NCBI GenBank assembly: GCA_009837445.1
Contig: VXTM01000047.1
Span: 72,437 to 136,436, forward strand
DNA length: 64,000 bases
Reading direction: 5' to 3'
Origin: Acidimicrobiaceae bacterium
Lineage (GTDB): Bacteria; Actinomycetota; Acidimicrobiia; Acidimicrobiales; Aldehydirespiratoraceae
The position numbers and the translations under genes are program-made. The notes beneath the pieces were generated by a model that was not told the DNA's origin, ran no database searches, and was given only the letters and a program-made list of their open reading frames with translations. This document shows positions 44,158 through 52,083 of the stretch, piece by piece; position 1 is the first letter of the stretch, and every line of letters begins with the position of its first letter.

Positions 44158-44933
44158 GCGGGGTCCGTGTAGCCGGACTCGTCGAAGAGGTAGCCGCCGG
44201 GGGTCATCTCCAGCCGGTGACGGGGCCCGGGCACGGAGGCATCGCCGGTTGCGTAGCCGGCGTCGCCGTGCCACATCGACACCGGTCCGTGCTCCCCGGT
44301 GCCGAGCCGAGGCTCATAGTGGCGGGGGCGGCGACGGCTCAGGCCGTCCAGCGCGTCAGCCACCGTGGGATAGCCGCTGAGGGTGTGCAGCGTCACCCAC
44401 GTCGGGGCGATCAGCTCGATCTCTCCGGCATCGCGGCGTCGGATGGCACCGGCCGGGGTCATCCACTCGTGGTGGGTTATCTCGCCGTCGTCGACGGCCA
44501 CCTCGGCCGCCGGGGCCCGGGTCGCGAAGAACCAGGTGGCGAAGCGCTTGGGGGCGATCGGCGGCGGGATCCAGTACGAGAAGTGCACCAGGCTGGCCGC
44601 GTCGAGTGAGATGGCAGCCTCCTCCCGGGCCTCCCGAGCCGCGGCGTTACGAGCGGCCGTGACCAGGTCGCCGGAGCTGTCGTAGTCGCCGTCGTCGATC
44701 CGGCCCCCGGGGAACACCCACATCCCGCCGAAGGCGATGCGGGAGTTCTTGCGCAGCATCAGTGACTCCATGCCCTCGGGGCCGTCCCGCAGCACGACCA
44801 CGGTGGCCGCCGGGATCGCGGGCGCCTCACCGTCCTGCTCGAACTGCTTGCGCCACTCCTCGAAGAGCAGCATCTCGCGATCGAATGCCGCCCGGGACCC
44901 GGCGCCGCCTTCGTGTGCGGGGGTCTGCGTCAC
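44154..44933 (-). CDS. NUDIX hydrolase
   Basis: GTG at 44933 in a GTGA overlap with the upstream stop (the ORF track starts at 44978). Nudix-box-like FPGGRIDDGD...REAREEAAI. Confidence 0.7.
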   Translation of the reverse strand: MTQTPAHEGGAGSRAAFDREMLLFEEWRKQFEQDGEAPAIPAATVVVLRDGPEGMESLMLRKNSRIAFGGMWVFPGGRIDDGDYDSSGDLVTAARNAAAREAREEAAISLDAASLVHFSYWIPPPIAPKRFATWFFATRAPAAEVAVDDGEITHHEWMTPAGAIRRRDAGEIELIAPTWVTLHTLSGYPTVADALDGLSRRRPRHYEPRLGTGEHGPVSMWHGDAGYATGDASVPGPRHRLEMTPGGYLFDESGYTDPA

Positions 44934-46120
44934 TTGATCACGCCGTCCGCTCTCAGCTCGTCGATCCGGTGGCCCCATCCCAGCTCAGTGAGCACCTCGT
45001 CGGTGTGCTGGCCGTGGGCAGGTGAGGACGGCTCGCGCAGCTCGGCCGGTGTGGCCGAGAACCGGGGCGCGGGCCGGGGCTGGCGGATCCTGCCCATGTG
45101 AGGATGGTCGTGCTCGGCAAAGATCTCGTTGTGGACGGCCTGGGCGTCGGTGGCGATGTCCTCCACGCCGAGCACGACCCCGAACGGGACCTGATGACGG
45201 TCGAGCGCCTCCACCGCCTCGGCCAGGGGCATGGTGGCCGCGGCCGCGTGCACCGCCCGGAACACCTCACTGGTCTGGGGACGGTTCTTCTGGCGGTCGG
45301 TCATGGTGGCCACCCGCGGGTCCGATGAGTCCACCCCCACGGCCCGGGCCATGCCGTGGAACTCGGAGTCGGTCACTGCCGCCACCACCGCGTGTCCGTC
45401 GGCGAAGGCGATGGCCCGCTGATGAGCCGAGAACGACTGGGCCAGGTGGGGCTGGTCGTTGTCCAGGGCCACCTCGTGGGCTGCCGAGTCGGCGAACAGG
45501 AACCCCACCGCGGCGTCCAGCATCGCCAGCTGCACGTGCTGGCCGCCGGCGCCCCGCTCCCGGGCGAACAGGGCCGACGTGACTGCCTGTGCGGCCGTGT
45601 AGGCGGTGATCTTGTCGGCCGCGGCCTGGCGCAGGAAGCGGGGAGACTCGTCGTTGATGCCGGTCTGGTTGCCCACGAGCCCGGACTGGGCCTGGATGAC
45701 CGAGTCGTACACCCGGCGGTGCGCGTAGGGGCCGTCGGGGCCGAATCCCGACAGCGAGAGGTAGACGATGTCGGGGTTGCGGGCCGAGACCGTGTCGTAG
45801 CCGAGACCGAGGCGCTCGATCACGCCCGGCCGCATGTTCTGGACGAACACATCTGCTCCGGCGCATAGATCGAGGACCGTCTCGCGCCCTCGATGATCGG
45901 TGCAGTCCACTGCTATGGAGCGCTTGCCCCGGTTGCACATCTGGAACAGGGCCGATATCCCGCCGGAGGCAACGCCCACATAGCGGCCCTGGTCGCCGTA
46001 ACCGGGCTCCTCGACCTTGACGACGTCCGCTCCCTGGTCGACCAGCAGGGTCACGGCCAGGGGACCCGTCACGGCCACCGACATCTCGACGATGCGCACT
46101 CCGTGCAGCGGGCCGGGCAT
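44930..46120 (-). CDS. Family III CoA-transferase (CaiB/BaiF/Mcr-like)
   Basis: ATG at 46120 (MPGPLHGVRIVEMSVAVTGPLAVTLLVDQGADVVKVE) preferred over the ORF start at 46309. About 396 aa. Confidence 0.85.
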   Translation of the reverse strand: MPGPLHGVRIVEMSVAVTGPLAVTLLVDQGADVVKVEEPGYGDQGRYVGVASGGISALFQMCNRGKRSIAVDCTDHRGRETVLDLCAGADVFVQNMRPGVIERLGLGYDTVSARNPDIVYLSLSGFGPDGPYAHRRVYDSVIQAQSGLVGNQTGINDESPRFLRQAAADKITAYTAAQAVTSALFARERGAGGQHVQLAMLDAAVGFLFADSAAHEVALDNDQPHLAQSFSAHQRAIAFADGHAVVAAVTDSEFHGMARAVGVDSSDPRVATMTDRQKNRPQTSEVFRAVHAAAATMPLAEAVEALDRHQVPFGVVLGVEDIATDAQAVHNEIFAEHDHPHMGRIRQPRPAPRFSATPAELREPSSPAHGQHTDEVLTELGWGHRIDELRADGVIK

Positions 46121-46167
46121 GACTCTGCTTCGATCCTGGCGGGTCCGGAGGCCGGCGTGTGCTGGCC

Positions 46168-46617
46168 CTAGGCGGCCGGATCCCCGCCGTCGGGCTTCGC
46201 GGGCTCGGGGACGCCGTCGAACCAGCCGGCCTCCTCCACCAGCGAGCGGCTGCGCCAGCCGTCGGCGGTGCGCACCAGCTCGTGGTGGTACCAGCCCCCG
46301 GTGGCCCACATGGGGCTGTCGGGCAGCTTCAGCGGGTTGTAGACCATGGCGGTCACCTTGGCCTCGTCGCCGTCGATGGTCATGTCGATGTTGGAGATCA
46401 TGTGCTGCATGGCCTCGAACATCGCCATCACTTCCGAGAGGAAGCCGACGACCGTGTCGAGGTCGCCGGCAATGCCGCCGACCTGGGTGTAGTCGATGTG
46501 CGCGTCAGGAGTGAAAACGGTCCGGAACAGGTCCCAGTCCTGCCGGTCGACGGCCCGGGCGTAGCGGGTCAGGAGGTCGGTGATCTCGGCCCGGTCGATG
46601 AGGGTTTGCAGGTCCAC
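46168..46617 (-). CDS. NTF2/SnoaL-like fold protein
   Basis: 149 aa. Family block ITDLLTRYARAVDRQDWDLFRTVFTPDAHIDY. Confidence 0.7.
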   Translation of the reverse strand: MDLQTLIDRAEITDLLTRYARAVDRQDWDLFRTVFTPDAHIDYTQVGGIAGDLDTVVGFLSEVMAMFEAMQHMISNIDMTIDGDEAKVTAMVYNPLKLPDSPMWATGGWYHHELVRTADGWRSRSLVEEAGWFDGVPEPAKPDGGDPAA

Positions 46618-46781
46618 CGCCCCACGATAGGGCTGACCGCCACCATTAAGGTGGGAGCATCACCACCCCTGAAGAGCAACGGGCAGGTTGCCCCCTCGAT
46701 CACGGGGCACAGCGATGCCCCGCCGCCGGTGTCGACCTGTGGGACCTAGGCCTGTTCCAGCGCCAGGAGTACCACGAGGTC

Positions 46782-48038
46782 ATGGAGCGGCTGCGAGAGG
46801 CCGATCCCGGCATTCACTGGGTGGACGAGGGCGACAGGGGCTCCGGCTACTGGGCCGTCACTCGCCACGCCCACGTCAAGGAGGTCAACCGGCGGGCCGA
46901 CGTGTTCTCATCCGGCCACAGCGGCGCGCAGATGCGCGATCTCGACCCGAACCGCACCGTGTCGGGCTCGGCGCGCCATCCGACGCTGGTCGACATGGAC
47001 CCGCCGCGCCACACCCGCTATCGCAGGCTGGTCAACCGGGGCTTCACCCCCCGCATGATCGGCCTGCTCGAGGACTACCTCCAGAACCGCACCGACATCA
47101 TCCTGGACAATGTCGTGGAGCGGGGCCACTGCGACTTCGTCCGCGACATCTCGGCGGAGCTGCCGCTCCAGGCCGTCGCCGACGTGATGGGCATTCCCGT
47201 CGAGGACCGGGCCAAGGTCTGCGACTGGAGCAACGCTCTGATCGGCCGGGCCGATCCCGAGTTCATCAAGACCCGCGAGGACATCCTGCGGGCCGCGGCC
47301 GAGCTGTTCGGCTACTCCCACGAACTCCAGACGGAGCGTCGCAGCACGCCGGCCGACGACATCATCACCACGCTGCTGGCAGCCGACGTCGACGGCGAGG
47401 CCCTGACCGAGGCCGAGTTCGACATGCTCTTCCTGCTGCTGTGCGTGGCCGGCATCGAGACCACCCGCAACGCGATCACATGGGGGATGATGGCCTTCTT
47501 CGACTTCGGTGACCAGTGGGAGAAGTTCGTAGCCGACCCTGATCGGCACATGGAGACCGCGGTGGAGGAGATCGTGCGCTGGTCCACCCCGGTGTTGCAC
47601 TTCCGCCGCCAAGCGCTTTCCGACTACGAGCTCGGCGGGGTAAGGATCGCCGTGGGCAACAAGGTGGTCTTCTGGCACGCGGCCGCCAACCGCGACCCGC
47701 GGGCCTTCGAGGACCCGTGGCGCTTCGACATCGAGCGCACCCCCAACGACCATGTCGGCTTCGGCGGGGGCGGGCCCCACTACTGCCTGGGCGCCAGCCT
47801 GGCCCGCATGGAGATCCGCCTGATGTTCCGCGAGATCGCCCAGCGCATGCCCGACATCCGCCTCGACGGCGAGCCCGACTACCTGCGCTCCAACTTCATC
47901 GCCGGTGTCAAGCACCTGCCGGTGGCCTACTCCCCGTCGCCGCCGTACGGCACTGCGTCGCTGCCGCGTCTCGGCTCAGCGGCCGGCGTCTCCGGCACGG
48001 TCGGATACGGCGGCCATGTGGAGCGCGGCGCCTCCTGA
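46782..48038 (+). CDS. Cytochrome P450 (CYP124/125/142-like); N-terminus uncertain
   Basis: Motifs GIETTRNA, EEIVRW, heme loop FGGGGPHYCLGASLARME. Homology-looking sequence (GVDLWDLGLFQRQEYHEV) continues upstream of the first canonical in-frame start; see the finding at 46650..46784. Confidence 0.8.
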   Translation: MERLREADPGIHWVDEGDRGSGYWAVTRHAHVKEVNRRADVFSSGHSGAQMRDLDPNRTVSGSARHPTLVDMDPPRHTRYRRLVNRGFTPRMIGLLEDYLQNRTDIILDNVVERGHCDFVRDISAELPLQAVADVMGIPVEDRAKVCDWSNALIGRADPEFIKTREDILRAAAELFGYSHELQTERRSTPADDIITTLLAADVDGEALTEAEFDMLFLLLCVAGIETTRNAITWGMMAFFDFGDQWEKFVADPDRHMETAVEEIVRWSTPVLHFRRQALSDYELGGVRIAVGNKVVFWHAAANRDPRAFEDPWRFDIERTPNDHVGFGGGGPHYCLGASLARMEIRLMFREIAQRMPDIRLDGEPDYLRSNFIAGVKHLPVAYSPSPPYGTASLPRLGSAAGVSGTVGYGGHVERGAS

Positions 48039-48117
48039 CGCCGAGCGCCAAGGACTTGACAGAACCATGCGGGGTAGTAGAACTCCCTAGGCATAGGACG
48101 GGCCGCGGAAGGAGAGC

Positions 48118-48411
48118 ATGGTGGCCGTGTACTTCGTGATTGTGGACTCTGAGATCAACGACCCGGAAGGGCTTGAGAGCGTCTCGGACTCACTCGCCGA
48201 GATGGTCAGGGCTCACGGAGGGAAATACCTGATTCGAGGCGGGCCGATCGAGCCGAAGGGCGGGGATCTGGCGGTGAACCGCATGGCAGTGGTCGAGTTC
48301 GAGAGCATGGATCAAGTGACAGCTCTGTTCGAAGTGGACGCGTTCGTCGAGCTGCGTGAACAGCGCAGCAGGCTCGCAGACACCAGCGCGTTCGTTGTGG
48401 AGGGTGTGTGA
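48118..48411 (+). CDS. DUF1330-family protein
   Basis: 97 aa. GGAAGGAG lies upstream of the ATG. Blocks YFVIVDSEINDPEG and MAVVEFESMDQV. Many A/T-ending codons compared with neighbours. Confidence 0.7.
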   Translation: MVAVYFVIVDSEINDPEGLESVSDSLAEMVRAHGGKYLIRGGPIEPKGGDLAVNRMAVVEFESMDQVTALFEVDAFVELREQRSRLADTSAFVVEGV

Positions 48412-48447
48412 CGGGCGAGAGGCTCGAATCCGCCTGATCTCCCCGGG

Positions 48448-50175
48448 TTGGGGGCCGTGGGTCTAGTCGAGGGCATAACCCACGAACCCGACGACAAATG
48501 CCCCCTCGGTGTGTCGGTCAGCGTGGGGCTGCAGGGGGTCCTGCTGGCCATCGCACCGACGGTGCTGACCATGTCGCTGTTCGCTCGGGCCTCGGGCCTC
48601 GGTGAGCGCTACCTGGCCTGGTCCGTCCTCGCGGCCATCCTGATCAGCGGCATCGCGACCGCTCTTCAGGCGGCCCGCCTCGGGCGGCTCGGGGGCGGCC
48701 ACAACCTGGTTAGCGGCACTGCCTCCGGCTTCGTGGCCGTCGGACTCCTCGCGGTGAACGAGGCCGGGCTGGAGACGCTGACCACTCTGGTCGTCGTGTC
48801 CTCAGTCCTCCAGCTGGCCCTAGGGGGGTGTCTGCGGAGGCTGCGCCGGATCATCACCCCGGTTGTATCCGGTGTGGTGCTCATGCTGATCTCGGTTGGC
48901 ATCATGCAGGTCGTCGTGGGGAGGCTGGGGGCCTCTGAAGGCGCTCCCGCCCTGGCGGAGCCGGTCGTAGTCGCGGTGACGGTGGCCGGGGCTGCACTCC
49001 TGGGGCTGCGAGCCAAGGGCATTCTCCGGCTGTGGTCGCCCATGGTCGGAGTGCTCGCCGGGTGTGTCGCGGCCGGCGTGTTCGGGCTCTACAGCGCTCA
49101 GCGCGTGGTGGACGCACCGTGGATCGGTGTGCCCGAGCCCTGGTTTCCGGGATTCGACTTGACGCCGGGCCGCCAGTTCTGGGCGCTCCTGCCGATGTTC
49201 CTGATCGTGTCGACGGCGACCGCGATCAAGTCGGTCGGCGGCAGCGTGGCCGTGCAGCGGGTCTCCTGGCGCGAGCCGAGGGTCACCGACTACCGGCTCG
49301 TTCAGGGCGCCGTCAGCGCCAACGGGGTGTGCGGAGTGCTGTCGGGCATCGCGGGGACGCTGCCCACCTGGGGCTTCGAGGCTTCGAGTGTCTCACTCAC
49401 CAACTTCACCGGCGTCGCGGCGCGCCGGGTGGGGTACGCCATCGGCATCATGCTGGTGGCCTTGACGTTCCTGCCGAAGGTTACGGCGCTGCTGCTAACG
49501 ATTCCCGACCCCGTCATCAGTGCCTACCTGCTGGTGATCATGGGGATGCTCTTCGTGGAGGGTTTCCGTACGGTCCTCCAGGACGGCCTCGAGCCCCGCA
49601 AGGCCCTGATCGTCGGTGTGTCGCTCGCGGTCGGGATCGGGCTGCAGGGCGAGAACGCGGTCGCTGAGCTCATCGGCGGCACCTGGGGGACGCTGCTCGG
49701 CGACGGGCTGACCATGGGCACGATCACCGCGGTCCTCCTGACGGCGTTCATCGAGGTGAGCGGCGCCCGGCGCAGACGACTCGAACTCGAGTTGCACATG
49801 AATGCGCTGCCCGAGATCGACGAGTTCCTCGAGACGCTTGCGACGAGCATCGGTTGGGACGAGGCCTCGACGGGCCGTCTGCGCTTCGTCGGAGAGGAGG
49901 CGCTGTCGAGCCTGCTGGAGATGAACACCGATGAGGAGCCGCGCCGCCTCGTGGTGGTGGCGCGACCGGGAGCCGGCCTCGTCGAACTGGAGTTCCTCGC
50001 CGGGTTGGCGGACGAGAACATCCAGGACCAACTCGCCTATCTGAGCAACCAGACCGACGCGACAGAGCAGCGAGAGGTCTCTCTTCGCCTGCTGAGGCAT
50101 TTCGCATCGGCAGTGCGTCACCGCAAGTACAGCGGTATCGACATCGTGACCGTGGAGGTGGAGGGCTCCCGCTAG
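48448..50175 (+). CDS. NCS2 (xanthine/uracil permease)-family transporter with ~136-aa cytoplasmic C-terminal extension
   Basis: 575 aa, TTG start (GTG at 48457 is an alternative). N-terminus PLGVSVSVGLQGVLLAIAPTVL and a polytopic body as in nucleobase:cation symporters. The soluble tail begins at ARRRRLELEL (49765). Confidence 0.7.
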   Translation: MGAVGLVEGITHEPDDKCPLGVSVSVGLQGVLLAIAPTVLTMSLFARASGLGERYLAWSVLAAILISGIATALQAARLGRLGGGHNLVSGTASGFVAVGLLAVNEAGLETLTTLVVVSSVLQLALGGCLRRLRRIITPVVSGVVLMLISVGIMQVVVGRLGASEGAPALAEPVVVAVTVAGAALLGLRAKGILRLWSPMVGVLAGCVAAGVFGLYSAQRVVDAPWIGVPEPWFPGFDLTPGRQFWALLPMFLIVSTATAIKSVGGSVAVQRVSWREPRVTDYRLVQGAVSANGVCGVLSGIAGTLPTWGFEASSVSLTNFTGVAARRVGYAIGIMLVALTFLPKVTALLLTIPDPVISAYLLVIMGMLFVEGFRTVLQDGLEPRKALIVGVSLAVGIGLQGENAVAELIGGTWGTLLGDGLTMGTITAVLLTAFIEVSGARRRRLELELHMNALPEIDEFLETLATSIGWDEASTGRLRFVGEEALSSLLEMNTDEEPRRLVVVARPGAGLVELEFLAGLADENIQDQLAYLSNQTDATEQREVSLRLLRHFASAVRHRKYSGIDIVTVEVEGSR

Positions 50176-51419
50176 TGCTCCGGCCACGCACTCGGCCTCC
50201 TAGGGTTCCGCACGTGGGATCAGAGGGCGGCTCGAGCCGGGAAGGAGACCTTGACATCGAAAGGGCCCGTTGTGAGCGGTGGTTCGTCCGGCGGGGCCTT
50301 CCACACCTCATACACGACTACTCGGCCAGTACCGATGTGCTCACGCGGGCCGCGCCGTTCCTGGCCTTTGTGGTCGTCCTGGAGTTCTTCCTGGTGTTCA
50401 GCGACCGGTGGCGCGGCTGGGCTCAGGCGGGCGTGTTCGCGCTGGGGCTTGCGGTGACGGCTGCGGTGATGGCTCTAGTCAACCGGTTGCGGGGCCGGCG
50501 GCTTTGGCAGTTGCCCGACAGGGTCGGCCTCTGGGAGATCCTGGCGTATCTGGGGTTGCCGGCCGTCTTCGCCGGGCTGGGCGCGACCGGATCCGTCGTC
50601 GAGGACGCCGGGTTCTTTGTGGTCGTGAACATCCTGGTCCTCGGTGTGGCCTATCTGGTTACCAGCTGGGGGCTGGTGCCGATGGTGCGGTGGTCGCTGG
50701 GTCAGCTGGGCCGCCAGGTCGGCCGGATGATGACGCTGCTGGCCAAGTCGCTGCCGATCCTGCTGGTGTTCTCGGCCTTCATCTTCCTCAACGCCGAGAT
50801 GTGGCAGGTGGCCCACGACTTCACGCTTCCCTACTTCGGGATGGTGGCCGCGCTGCTCGTGGCGGTGGGGACGCTGTTCGTGACGATCTCGGTGCGCCGG
50901 TTGGCGGTGGACCTGGCCCGGTTCTCGGCCTGGTCTGATGTGCGGTCCCGGTGCGTGGCCACGCCGGTTGAGCCGCTGGTGCCCGACGATGCGGCCGTGC
51001 CGCCCGACTCGCCGCCGTTGAGCCGCGGTGCCCGGTTCAACGTGAGCCTGCTGCTGTTCGTGGCCCAGAGCATCCAGATCATGCTGGTGGCTCTGATCGT
51101 GACGGCCTTCTACGTGCTGTTCGGGGTGTTCACGGTGCGGGAGGAGACGCTGCTGGACTGGACCACGTTGTCGCAGCTCACCTGGGAGGAGTCGTGGGCG
51201 GTGCGGATCCCGCTGTGGGGCGAGGACCTGCTGTTCACCCGCCCGCTGGTGCTGGTGGCTACCTTCATCGGCCTGTTCTCGGGGCTGCAGTTCGCGGTCT
51301 CGGTCGTACTCGATGCCGGGTACCGGTCGGAGTTCGCCGAGGAAATGACCGCGGAGCTGCGCGAGGCTCTGGCCGTCCGGGCCGTCTATCACCGCGTGCT
51401 GGTGGACGCTGCGGCCTGA
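50175..51419 (+). CDS. Polytopic membrane protein of unknown function
   Basis: 414 aa. GTG start overlaps the permease TAG by 1 nt (an alternative GTG lies at 50214). Multiple hydrophobic segments. No motif I recognise. Confidence 0.55.
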   Translation: MLRPRTRPPRVPHVGSEGGSSREGDLDIERARCERWFVRRGLPHLIHDYSASTDVLTRAAPFLAFVVVLEFFLVFSDRWRGWAQAGVFALGLAVTAAVMALVNRLRGRRLWQLPDRVGLWEILAYLGLPAVFAGLGATGSVVEDAGFFVVVNILVLGVAYLVTSWGLVPMVRWSLGQLGRQVGRMMTLLAKSLPILLVFSAFIFLNAEMWQVAHDFTLPYFGMVAALLVAVGTLFVTISVRRLAVDLARFSAWSDVRSRCVATPVEPLVPDDAAVPPDSPPLSRGARFNVSLLLFVAQSIQIMLVALIVTAFYVLFGVFTVREETLLDWTTLSQLTWEESWAVRIPLWGEDLLFTRPLVLVATFIGLFSGLQFAVSVVLDAGYRSEFAEEMTAELREALAVRAVYHRVLVDAAA

Positions 51420-51475
51420 GGCCTGCCGACGTGGTCGCTACCGACCTCGATATCGACGGCTTCCCAGAATGCGAA

Positions 51476-51889
51476 ATGACCGGCATGGGTACCATGGCGG
51501 CCGTGGCCTTCCGGGTTGAATTGACGGGCAGCGCGCTCCGGGTTGAACTCGACAGATGGGATCGCCTGGCCAACTTTCGCCGGGTCGTCGAGATCGACCG
51601 GTCCGCCATCGCGAAGGCGGCTGTCGCCCCGCGTGGCGAGGTTGAGTCATACATCGATCACCGTCAACTCGGAATTGGAACGCACGCCGGAGAGCGCTAT
51701 CCGGGCAGGCGTCGAGTGGGGACCCACCTCGGCCGGGGCGTGCTCGGAAAGCAGTTCTGGGCCACTGCCCGTGGCGCGCCGGAGCTGCCCCTGCTGGTGC
51801 TGGACCTGGTCGATCACGAATTCGCGAGGGCTGTGCTCGCGGTGAGCGACCCCGAAGTGATCGCAGCGCTGGTCGGCCCGGACTCTTAG
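51476..51889 (+). CDS. Hypothetical soluble protein
   Basis: First ATG (MTGMGTMAAVAFRVEL) after the upstream stop, within a longer ORF (51194..51889). No recognisable motif. Confidence 0.4.
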   Translation: MTGMGTMAAVAFRVELTGSALRVELDRWDRLANFRRVVEIDRSAIAKAAVAPRGEVESYIDHRQLGIGTHAGERYPGRRRVGTHLGRGVLGKQFWATARGAPELPLLVLDLVDHEFARAVLAVSDPEVIAALVGPDS

Positions 51890-52028
51890 CCGAACCGGGA
51901 CCCCTGACCGTCACGGCGGTCTAGGAGTAGGTAGCCAACCTGGATTGCTTGGCCTTGTGCGTCCGACCGGCTGCGGTTTGGGGCGTGCCCAGAAACGTTG
52001 CTCCAACCGGTCGGGCAGTTCTTTTAGG

Positions 52029-52037
52029 TAATATTAT
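52029..52037 (+). promoter_or_regulatory. AT-rich -10-like element (TAATATTAT) upstream of the HNH gene
   Basis: The only strongly AT-rich tract in the window (CTTTTAGGTAATATTATGCTTTTT), about 50 nt upstream of ATG 52084. No convincing -35. Confidence 0.3.
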
Positions 52038-52083
52038 GCTTTTTCGAGTTGTGTTGTCGTAGGGATTGGGTAGAGTTGTCGTC

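Noticed and set aside
48056-48085. Promoter call from a perfect -35 TTGACA upstream of the DUF1330 gene.
   Set aside because: No acceptable -10 lies at 16-18-nt spacing: TAGAAC and AGAACT both miss one of the key A2/T6 positions. I left it as a remark rather than a feature.
48421-48431. tRNA T-arm-like GGCTCGAATCC just after the DUF1330 gene (a possible tRNA remnant or att site).
   Set aside because: The flanking bases cannot form the T-stem (AGAGG versus CCGCC). No acceptor, D or anticodon arms can be drawn. It differs from the GGTTCGAATCC consensus.
50251-50457. 68-aa ORF starting at a TTG just after a strong GGAAGGAG, inside the 5' end of the membrane-protein gene.
   Set aside because: The translation is a Ser/Gly/Trp-rich low-complexity sequence, in a different frame from a convincing membrane protein. 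I mention it only as a caveat on start-site choice.
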